Below, piece by piece: positions 18,180 through 26,186 of a DNA stretch of 28,552 nt. Below the pieces are notes generated by a model, which saw only the letters and a program-made list of their open reading frames with translations, made no database searches and was not told the DNA's origin. This stretch comes from Pseudobacteriovorax sp. (GTDB taxonomy: Bacteria; Bdellovibrionota_B; Oligoflexia; Oligoflexales; Oligoflexaceae): contig JBNKNM010000006.1 in the NCBI GenBank assembly GCA_050293845.1, positions 1 through 28,552 of the forward strand. The letters run 5' to 3'. The first letter of the stretch is position 1. Every line of letters starts with the position of its first letter. The translations under genes and the position numbers were made by a program.

Positions 18180-19267
18180 AAGTTTTTACTGTCGTCGGTG
18201 CACGGCCACAATTTATAAAAGCTGCAGCTCTATCACGTGAAATCATCAATCATAGTAATATCGAAGAAATTATCGTCCATACAGGACAGCACTATGACCC
18301 TAGAATGTCAAGTATCTTCTTTGAACAAATGTCAATCCCCAAACCCAAATACAATCTTAATATAAATCAAGGGCTTCATGGCGAAATGACTGGCTTAATG
18401 ATGGCGGAGATTGAAAAGTTACTCCTAGAAGAAAAACCCGACTATGTTTTAGTTTATGGAGATACAAACTCTACTCTTGCAGCAGCGCTTGCTGCTGCAA
18501 AACTTCGCATCCCCATCGCTCATGTCGAATCAGGTCTAAGATCATTCAATATGGAGATGCCTGAGGAAATTAACCGTATTTTAACAGATAGACTATCAAC
18601 TTTGCTTTTTTGTCCAACGGCAACAGCCATCACAAACCTTGCCCATGAAGGTATTCCTGATCTTAACACCAAGCATAGCATCAAATGCATCGTAAAAAAC
18701 ACTGGTGACATTATGTTTGATGCTGTAAAACTGTTCAGTAATTCAGATGCCGCTGGTAATAGTGTACTCCGACTGCTTCATTCGAACCGAAGTAATATCC
18801 TAATCACCCTTCACCGGCAAGAAAATGTTGATAATGAAATTAAGCTTCGAAATATATTTATAGCAATGGAAGCTATTGCTAAAAATCACAAAGTAAATTT
18901 TATTTTCCCAATACATCCACGTACACAGAAAAGAGTCAAGCAATTTAATATCGCAACAACTGTACAATTCACAGAACCCATGGGATATTTAGAACTTTTG
19001 AAGACCTTAGAAAAGGTGGATTTAGTTATGACCGACTCAGGTGGTCTACAAAAAGAAGCCTACTTTCTCGGTAAACCAAGCCTAATTCTTAGGGAGCAAA
19101 CAGAATGGGTAGAGCTGGTGCAACAAGAGGTAGCTTTTTTATGTGGGTCAGATACAGAATTAATTATCAGTAATTTTTCTAAAGCTCGTCAAGTCTCTGT
19201 CAAGGAGCAGCCCTTATTGTTTGGTGACGGATATGCGAGTAAGAAAATTATATCAGCCCTAAGCTAA
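18176..19267 (+). CDS. wbpI: UDP-2,3-diacetamido-2,3-dideoxy-glucuronate 2-epimerase (WbpI/WlbD; non-hydrolysing WecB family)
   Basis: Motifs VGARPQFIK, HTGQHYD, YGDTNST, HVESGLRS..MPEE.NR, TLHRQEN, TDSGGLQKEA. ATGA overlap with wbpE. Confidence 0.88.
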   Translation: MKVFTVVGARPQFIKAAALSREIINHSNIEEIIVHTGQHYDPRMSSIFFEQMSIPKPKYNLNINQGLHGEMTGLMMAEIEKLLLEEKPDYVLVYGDTNSTLAAALAAAKLRIPIAHVESGLRSFNMEMPEEINRILTDRLSTLLFCPTATAITNLAHEGIPDLNTKHSIKCIVKNTGDIMFDAVKLFSNSDAAGNSVLRLLHSNRSNILITLHRQENVDNEIKLRNIFIAMEAIAKNHKVNFIFPIHPRTQKRVKQFNIATTVQFTEPMGYLELLKTLEKVDLVMTDSGGLQKEAYFLGKPSLILREQTEWVELVQQEVAFLCGSDTELIISNFSKARQVSVKEQPLLFGDGYASKKIISALS

Positions 19268-20178
19268 CATATTTCAGTCCCTTGAGATGATATTACCTTA
19301 TAGTCATAAGAAATAACCTCCCTCGTTAAACCTGACGGAGTCCATTCCTTTATAGATCCTCTTTGGGAGGTTTTTTTTCCCAACAGCCGTTTTAAAATCC
19401 CCAATTTTAAAGAAAATATTGGAATATGATAGATGATCATAATCACTAAATTAATGACAAATGATTCATGATATCTATGCTTATTAGTAGTCGCGATAAT
19501 CGACGATTTGAGACCTATTGCTTGACCCCAAGTCCGCTCTGTATGACCATTTAAAAGATACTTATTTACTCGCTTATCACAATTTTTACCTAGAATTATT
19601 TTGTGCAGAGCAAGACACAATTCATCCACATGAATGGTATTACAACGGGTCTTACCATATCTTGGCAATTTAACTCGTGGACAATTTCTCATGGTTTCAA
19701 AAGCTCTGGTCCAATTCCCACCGCTTCCAAGCACTATGGTAGGTTGTACAATATGAATAGAAGAGAAGCCTACTGTAGAAATGATCATTTTTTCCATTCT
19801 CTGTTTTATCTGTACGTAGGGGTCTGGATTTCTTGAGTATGGAGTTTTACTGTCAACTTTATCGTAATTTTTAAAATCATAAACCACAAAAGAGCTAAGA
19901 AATATTACATTTCTTATTTTTAACTCCATACATACGTCGATAAATTCCTGCAATAGTTCTAAGTTTTTCTCTAAATCATACTGGTCGTGAATAAGATAAA
20001 ACGCTATATTTACAGAATTTTTATAACTATTCAGATTATCATTTGTTAAAATTTGGCAACCTTTTTTTACTTTTTGTCTCGGCCTAAACACCACTATTTG
20101 AACAAAGGACCTTGCATATTTTTCTAAATAGTTAGTACCAATAAAGCTTGAAGCCCCTGCAATCAGTAAATGATTCAT
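19264..20178 (-). CDS. Atypical NAD-dependent epimerase/reductase (SDR)
   Basis: Motifs IAGASSFIG, FLSSFVVY, YVQIK (YxxxK), QPTIVLG, IHVDEL. ATGA overlap with the GMC gene. Confidence 0.78.
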   Translation of the reverse strand: MNHLLIAGASSFIGTNYLEKYARSFVQIVVFRPRQKVKKGCQILTNDNLNSYKNSVNIAFYLIHDQYDLEKNLELLQEFIDVCMELKIRNVIFLSSFVVYDFKNYDKVDSKTPYSRNPDPYVQIKQRMEKMIISTVGFSSIHIVQPTIVLGSGGNWTRAFETMRNCPRVKLPRYGKTRCNTIHVDELCLALHKIILGKNCDKRVNKYLLNGHTERTWGQAIGLKSSIIATTNKHRYHESFVINLVIMIIYHIPIFSLKLGILKRLLGKKTSQRGSIKEWTPSGLTREVISYDYKVISSQGTEIC

Positions 20179-21713
20179 GTTTCACATTCCTTTAGAAAAT
20201 CACCAAGACGTATTGCAAGCGCTGCTATAGTTAGCCCAGAATTAACGTTACCTGAAGTAGGGAAAACAGAGCCATCGCAAACAAATAAGTTATTGACACC
20301 AAAAACCTTCAGATTCTGATCTACAACTCCATTGTTCGAACTACTAGCCATGCGGAGCGTTCCAACATGATGAGCTGCTGATGTGAAAATTGATCGCCAA
20401 TTTACATCATTTTCTTTGTGCGTACAGGTAAAACGATCACTGGGGAAAATTTTCTTTAAAAGCGGGTATAACTTTGACATCGAATCCCAGTCGTCCTTAT
20501 GAAGCTTCCAGTCAATTTTTGCGATTGGATACCCAAAAGAATCTTTATTCTCAGAGAGAGATATACGACTTGATTTATAAGGTATTTGTTCCGTTACAAA
20601 AAAAATATCAGCAAACTTATACTTGACCCTTAATGAAAATTTATAGGCTAAAATCTGTCGTACCACATTTATATTTGACAAAATTTTCAATATTTTCTTA
20701 ATCGAAAATTTTCCTCTTTTCAAAGTTAAAAGATAAAGTTTCAGCTCTTCTGACTCATTGTTAATACCTCGTATAAAGCTTGGTCTTATATAAAAGTTGT
20801 GATTGGGCAATTGCCACTCTTTTTGATGTTTTCTATCAAAGACAATCCCAGATTTTATTTTAACATTCTTTGATGCTCTAAAATCACTGTATAAAGGAGC
20901 TGAAATTCTATTATTGAATTCTACTTGAATGAGATTACCCATGGGATGGTCCATTAAATATCGACCTACATTATCCTGTTCATTGCCCAGTCCATACCTC
21001 CACTTAGATTTGGAATTGAGAAACAATCTTGGCGACTCCAACGCACCAGCTGCGACTATATATTTTTTTGCATGGATAAATGTCACATCCTGGGACCTAG
21101 TACACTTGGTCATTACAGCTTTTATCTGGTGCTCAGAATGCCCTAATAATTCCAAAGCTACACTATTTGTCAGGATTCTGATAGGATGCCCCTGTTTTTC
21201 AAGGCTTTCAAGCTCATTTTTAAAACTCATTACGGGTTGTGGCTGTTGAAACAGCTTATTTTCAATACTATCGAAGTTTATCGGCATATCAGAAATACAT
21301 AAATCCAATTCTCGAGTTATAGTATCCCTATCGAACCAATCAAATTTAGGGATCTTCAATATATCAGCAGCTCTTCGATAGTAAGGATCTAAATCTTCAT
21401 AAGAGATAGGCCAACCACTGTTAGGAATCCATGATCGGTATTCAAAGTCTATGGGATCTAAAGGCGCTAGTACTCCATGCCATAAATTACTAGTCCCTCC
21501 AAGCTCTATAGCACGAGTGGGAGACAGCCTAAAGTCTTCTCCCACAGAGTCGAATGATACCACATCTAGTTGTGAAGCCTTTCTACCACCAGCTTCCACA
21601 ACAACTAAGTCTTTAAATCCCTTTTCTATTAAACTCTTGGCTAAGGTGGCACCACCTATTCCTGAGCCAATAATACAAATATTACATGTAATGAACTTGT
21701 CATTTCTAAGCAT
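20175..21713 (-). CDS. GMC-family FAD-dependent oxidoreductase
   Basis: Motifs IIGSGIGG..VVEAG, LGGTS..W, WPI.Y..L..YY, AAGALESPRL, VGRYLMDHP, HHVGT.RM, NLFVCDGSVFPT.G..N..LT (catalytic His/Asn). ATG 21713 or GTG 21719. Confidence 0.92.
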   Translation of the reverse strand: MLRNDKFITCNICIIGSGIGGATLAKSLIEKGFKDLVVVEAGGRKASQLDVVSFDSVGEDFRLSPTRAIELGGTSNLWHGVLAPLDPIDFEYRSWIPNSGWPISYEDLDPYYRRAADILKIPKFDWFDRDTITRELDLCISDMPINFDSIENKLFQQPQPVMSFKNELESLEKQGHPIRILTNSVALELLGHSEHQIKAVMTKCTRSQDVTFIHAKKYIVAAGALESPRLFLNSKSKWRYGLGNEQDNVGRYLMDHPMGNLIQVEFNNRISAPLYSDFRASKNVKIKSGIVFDRKHQKEWQLPNHNFYIRPSFIRGINNESEELKLYLLTLKRGKFSIKKILKILSNINVVRQILAYKFSLRVKYKFADIFFVTEQIPYKSSRISLSENKDSFGYPIAKIDWKLHKDDWDSMSKLYPLLKKIFPSDRFTCTHKENDVNWRSIFTSAAHHVGTLRMASSSNNGVVDQNLKVFGVNNLFVCDGSVFPTSGNVNSGLTIAALAIRLGDFLKECET

Positions 21714-22536
21714 GATCACGCCTTAATAGCCGACTATAAACTACTCCCATAAAGCTTATGGGGAGCAATCGTGAGGGTATACGCAAACAAAGGGCATAAA
21801 CCAATGAAGCCTTTCCAAGCAAGCCTTGCCTATAACAAGTGCGAAAGAAATGCAGTTCATCTTTTAAGTAGCACCAACCACTTCTTCTTTTTAGTAAGGA
21901 TTTTCCAGCAGTTGCACGAACAAGCGGCTTTCCAATATTCATCATTTTCATTTGTTTTTTCGCCAATCTTAACCACAAATAGTAGTCTTCGAAACGGTTC
22001 ATCTCACAATAATTCCCAACCGTCAGTATACATGACTTACGAAACATAACGGTCATATGATTGAAAGGATTACTAACTTGCAGCTGCTTTTTGATATTCC
22101 CATGAGATAAGGGGACCAAACGCAATTTCGATTCAGGTTTATCTAAAAGAATATCGTCCACTTCTTCAATATATCCTCCTACAATGGCCACTGTAGGATC
22201 TTGCATAACCAGCAATTGCGCTGCAAATCGACCGGGCAATACCTGATCATCAGCATCCATTCGCGCGATTAGTTCATAATTACACTCCAATACACCGATT
22301 TTCAAAGAGTAACCTAAACCTCGATTTATCTCATTGCGGACTATTTTAACAGGAGTCTGTTGATGATCAGAAAATTTTTTGATAACAACTTCTAAATCAG
22401 ACCCAATAGGTCCATCGACAACTATGACAATTTCAGAAGGTTGCACCAAATCTTGAATAATCGATCCCAGGGATTTTTTAAGGCGCTCTGCGCTGTCCCC
22501 CATATAAATAGGAATCAGAACAGAAAAACCCTCCAT
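21706..22536 (-). CDS. Glycosyltransferase family 2 (AmsE/WbbD-like)
   Basis: Motifs FSVLIPIY, VVDGP, NRGLG, IARMDADD, NPFNH.TVMFR, EDY.LW, RRSG. GAGGG SD before ATG 22536. Confidence 0.9.
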   Translation of the reverse strand: MEGFSVLIPIYMGDSAERLKKSLGSIIQDLVQPSEIVIVVDGPIGSDLEVVIKKFSDHQQTPVKIVRNEINRGLGYSLKIGVLECNYELIARMDADDQVLPGRFAAQLLVMQDPTVAIVGGYIEEVDDILLDKPESKLRLVPLSHGNIKKQLQVSNPFNHMTVMFRKSCILTVGNYCEMNRFEDYYLWLRLAKKQMKMMNIGKPLVRATAGKSLLKRRSGWCYLKDELHFFRTCYRQGLLGKASLVYALCLRIPSRLLPISFMGVVYSRLLRRDHA

Positions 22537-22537
22537 G

Positions 22538-23599
22538 CTAGTCAACCCTCTTATATTCATCGACTCTGGTAAAGACTTGCACTTTATTAAAATAAACCAA
22601 GATTATAACAAACATAGCAACCACAAAAGCTACCGATAACGATATATGGATGAGATACCTAATAATCTGCTTTTGCCAAAATAAGTTATTGCCTTTGGTC
22701 CATGAGTTACTGAAAGTAATGAAATCAGTATTGGGAGCAAACAAAACTAAATCATTTGATATTTTTTCCATTTCTTTGATCTCTTCAGATTTTTTCTGAA
22801 GATATTTCATCACAGCATAATACCTTGTGCTCATTTTTTTACGTTCGAAAAACTCTAGAAATGGTGTAGTGTCTATTCCTATTAGCCTGGCCTTAGAGAG
22901 ATCTTGCTCTAAAAACTTAGTCTCCTTCTCTAGTAAGCTGGAGAATCCTTGAATCAAATCTTGACGATAAATCTTGTTAAGAATAACGCCTATATCTTGT
23001 TGATCTTGTAAAAAATCACCAAAAATGGATGACTTTATCATAAACCGGAGTGTGGAAATATCTTTTAATAAAGCAATAGATTCCTCAAAATTTAAAGAAT
23101 TTAAAGAATTCGAGGACTTGGCTTTTTCTAATTCTTGCTTACCGCCCACTTGGCTGTTAACTAGGTATTTAACAAACGCGAATAATCGATCAGCAATTTT
23201 ATCTGAATCATTTTCGTACCCCGTCAACACCAACCTAATCTTACTGGCACCGTCAAAAGATAAATCTTGATCGCCATTAACAAATTTATCAAAAAGAACA
23301 CAATCAAGAATCTTCAGATTTTGACAACGTAGCAATTCGTGTTCTATTGGGTAGATTTTTTGAAAATCTTTGTATTTTGATAACCATAACTTTCTATTGT
23401 TGATGATATCAGAAATGAATAACGCCTCACGACTTGTTTGCACTTTAATAAAGTAAGTGTATGATTGAGATTCTCTATTCTTCAGAGTGATTCCCGATAG
23501 CACTCCAGTAATAATGGAAACCATTAAAAGTACAATAGAGTATTTTTTTATAAGCTTAAATAGGACTCTTAAATCAATAAATTGTTGATTTAGTGACAA
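22538..23599 (-). CDS. Wzz-like chain-length regulator / polysaccharide co-polymerase
   Basis: N-terminal IDL..LF..I followed by a TM segment, a helical K/E/L-rich central region and a C-terminal TM. TTG start after GAGGT. Directly downstream of the Wzy-like gene. Confidence 0.62.
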   Translation of the reverse strand: MSLNQQFIDLRVLFKLIKKYSIVLLMVSIITGVLSGITLKNRESQSYTYFIKVQTSREALFISDIINNRKLWLSKYKDFQKIYPIEHELLRCQNLKILDCVLFDKFVNGDQDLSFDGASKIRLVLTGYENDSDKIADRLFAFVKYLVNSQVGGKQELEKAKSSNSLNSLNFEESIALLKDISTLRFMIKSSIFGDFLQDQQDIGVILNKIYRQDLIQGFSSLLEKETKFLEQDLSKARLIGIDTTPFLEFFERKKMSTRYYAVMKYLQKKSEEIKEMEKISNDLVLFAPNTDFITFSNSWTKGNNLFWQKQIIRYLIHISLSVAFVVAMFVIILVYFNKVQVFTRVDEYKRVD

Positions 23600-24897
23600 G
23601 AAGGCACCTCTTTTATACAGAGTTTGTATGACAAAGATATAGCTACCATAAAAACAAAAGCGACAGCAGTAGATTCCAAAGATTGCAAGAAAAAAAGTTC
23701 TATCGTATGTGCCATCAGCACAGCTATTAGAAAAGAGAGAATCTGCTTTTCACGTACACTACGACTCTTATAGTAATGAATTATGTTATTTTTAATAAAA
23801 AAGCCGATCATCAGATAAAAAATAATGGTCCCAATAATACCTACTTCCAAAAGGAGTTTGATAAAATAAGATTCTGTAACTAATCCACCACTCTTAGAAT
23901 TTAAAGAAAAATAGGAGAGCACATTACCCGAAGATCCAATAGACTTCCCAAATAGCCATTCCGTATAACCATTGATATTTTCCAAAGATCGCATCCAGGT
24001 TTTTACCCTGTTAAAGTTCGATACTTCGGTAGACCAGTTAAATATGTTCTTTATCCTGCTAAAAAGTGCAGGTGGTAAGAGGATTAAAGCAAGTAAATAG
24101 AGCGCTATAGTAGAGATAAGCAAGTAGCAAACACCTTTGATACCCAATAAACCAGGAGTAGCCCTATTGACACCCACAAGAAAACGAAACAAAAGTATGA
24201 CAAGGGTTCCAATAATTAGCATACCCTGAGCACCTCTGCTAAATGTCCCCATAAGTAAAAAGCTACAACATAAAAAGAGAAAAAGGTGCCTTATTTTGTG
24301 TTCAAAAACAAAAATACTAAACCAATAGATGCTGATATATGACATAACAACACCGAAAGGTAAGGTAGAACCGATTGATGAAGATATTCTAAATGGTGCG
24401 TATATGCTGTCCATTGGTGGGGGATTACTGAATTGTCTAAATACAGAGATTGGCTGATCGAAAAGGATTTCATAAGTACACCAAAAGGACAAGTAAATTG
24501 TGAATACGTACATAGACTGCTGAATACCAAGAATAAGATCTCTTCTTGAAAAATTTACTACTAAAATATTTAAGAAAAAAACAAAATAGAATAGTAACAG
24601 CCCCACCCCTACAAGGCCACGAAATGGAGTTTCGACTTGAAGCGAAGAAAAGAGGACATATAAAATATACGCTACTAAAAGACTGAGTGCCCTATCCCAA
24701 TTTATTCTGTACTGGAAATTCCTAGAATTAATGAATAAGAGTGGGGTTAAAAAACCTAATAAAACTAAGAAATTCGAATACCCACCCATTAAAAACGAAA
24801 ATATGCCGCGGGAAAAAATAAAAATTCCTGATAGACTTACTATGATCCCAAATTTACTCACGGGAGCCAATGTTATTTTGGTACCGTTGTTGGACAT
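23590..24897 (-). CDS. Wzy/O-antigen ligase family polytopic membrane protein
   Basis: About 10-12 hydrophobic segments, plus TFSRGA, SN..R...W, FG..IG and LLEVGIIG. Confidence 0.8.
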   Translation of the reverse strand: MSNNGTKITLAPVSKFGIIVSLSGIFIFSRGIFSFLMGGYSNFLVLLGFLTPLLFINSRNFQYRINWDRALSLLVAYILYVLFSSLQVETPFRGLVGVGLLLFYFVFFLNILVVNFSRRDLILGIQQSMYVFTIYLSFWCTYEILFDQPISVFRQFSNPPPMDSIYAPFRISSSIGSTLPFGVVMSYISIYWFSIFVFEHKIRHLFLFLCCSFLLMGTFSRGAQGMLIIGTLVILLFRFLVGVNRATPGLLGIKGVCYLLISTIALYLLALILLPPALFSRIKNIFNWSTEVSNFNRVKTWMRSLENINGYTEWLFGKSIGSSGNVLSYFSLNSKSGGLVTESYFIKLLLEVGIIGTIIFYLMIGFFIKNNIIHYYKSRSVREKQILSFLIAVLMAHTIELFFLQSLESTAVAFVFMVAISLSYKLCIKEVPSCH

Positions 24898-24917
24898 AAG
24901 TCAACCATTCAAAAAGG

Positions 24918-24947
24918 TTCATGGGTAAAGGGTATAACAACTATAAT
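24918..24947 (+). promoter_or_regulatory. Candidate sigma70-type promoter for the 25008 GT
   Basis: Perfect TATAAT at 24942-24947 with a weak TTCATG 18 nt upstream, in a divergent intergenic region. Confidence 0.35.
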
Positions 24948-25007
24948 CTATAAGACTTAGAATTAATTCAAGCTGTTTATAAAAAACTTAGGATGTGGAG
25001 AGTTTAA

Positions 25008-26186
25008 GTGAAGATCGCATATATAGTAACAGTTCAAATATGGCTGAACGACGGACTATCGAAAAAGATAATTAACCAAATCAGTTGTTGGAATCGCTTG
25101 GGTATCGAAACAAAGGCATACATACTACTGCCAGTAAATATCGCTGAGAATGATCTTCCTAGCCTCCAGTTCCCTTATGTCACAATTAAGGCAGAGCCAT
25201 CCAAACTTAGCTTTATCAATAACAGTTATAAATTAAGTAAGTTTCTCAATTTTCCTGAACTTGAGTCTGAGCTTCGTAGTTATAATCCCAGCCATATATA
25301 TTTGAGATTTGAGCTGTTAAAGCCATTTATGAATCAGATCAGAAGGCTGAAAGATAAGGCGGAAGTCGTTATGGAAGTCAATATGCTGGACTTAGAAGAG
25401 CGTCAGTCCCTCAAATTTTCTCACTTAACAGGACTACTTATCGGATTTTATAACAGGGTAACCCGCAACACCGTGTTCCGCATGGCCGATAAACTAATAT
25501 CGGTGACTCACGAAATTGCAAATCATAGTTCAATAGCCAAATTTCAGCTTCCCTCCCATGTATCCTACAACAGTATTGATATTTTCAAAAACCCAACAAG
25601 AAAAAAAGGCAGCCAGCATGCAATTCCACGCCTTGTCATGATGGTCTCAGAAGAGTTCCCCTGGCATGGCATAGATAAGCTGAAAGAGCTTGCGATTAAA
25701 ACAGTCAATATCCTTGAATTTACCCTGATCGGAAATTTTAAGACCCGTATATCTAGTCCAAACGTTAAATACACTGGTTTTTTAAACGGAAATGAACTGA
25801 AGAGGGCTATAGAACAAAGCGACATAGCAGTATCTAGCCTTGCCATTCACCGTTGTGGGCTTGTTGAGGCCTGCCCCCTCAAAACAAGAGACTATCTATC
25901 ATGGCAAATGCCTACTATTATTGGATATTTAGAGTCAATATTTGTAGATACTGACGTGCCTGACTGGGTTTTATGCTTAGATAATCATGAAAGCAATGTA
26001 AAAAAATCATATGAGCGCATCATAGATTTTTGCTACCAAAACAAGGACGTTGTCGCACCTATAGAACAAGTGGAAAACATGGTACATAGTGACTCCATTG
26101 AGTTAAAGCGCTTAGAGTTTATAAGAAGTAAACCTGTTATGAAATCCGCTTTAAAACCACAAATGCAGTCCTTAGAACCACTCTGA
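25008..26186 (+). CDS. Glycosyltransferase, GT4-like
   Basis: GTG start after GGAG. Motifs G..KKI..Q, IYLR, NSID, WHGIDK, DIAVSSLA.HR, EACPLKTRDY (Ex7D). Confidence 0.82.
   Translation: MKIAYIVTVQIWLNDGLSKKIINQISCWNRLGIETKAYILLPVNIAENDLPSLQFPYVTIKAEPSKLSFINNSYKLSKFLNFPELESELRSYNPSHIYLRFELLKPFMNQIRRLKDKAEVVMEVNMLDLEERQSLKFSHLTGLLIGFYNRVTRNTVFRMADKLISVTHEIANHSSIAKFQLPSHVSYNSIDIFKNPTRKKGSQHAIPRLVMMVSEEFPWHGIDKLKELAIKTVNILEFTLIGNFKTRISSPNVKYTGFLNGNELKRAIEQSDIAVSSLAIHRCGLVEACPLKTRDYLSWQMPTIIGYLESIFVDTDVPDWVLCLDNHESNVKKSYERIIDFCYQNKDVVAPIEQVENMVHSDSIELKRLEFIRSKPVMKSALKPQMQSLEPL

Noticed and set aside
6269..20178. Both SDRs have GxSSFxG instead of GxxGxxG, suggesting inactivation
   Set aside because: Both keep YxxxK and full-length frames, and Ser at this position occurs in other sugar-nucleotide SDRs.
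2355..20605. Homopolymer runs (A8 near 2355 and 20598, T8 near 4728 and 19371, G6 at 13380) as contingency loci
   Set aside because: The lengths are expected in AT-rich DNA, there is no long poly-G/C tract, and all the frames are intact.
23091..23110. 9-bp tandem repeat TTTAAAGAA in the Wzz-like gene
   Set aside because: Two in-frame copies encoding NSLNSL in low-complexity AT-rich sequence.
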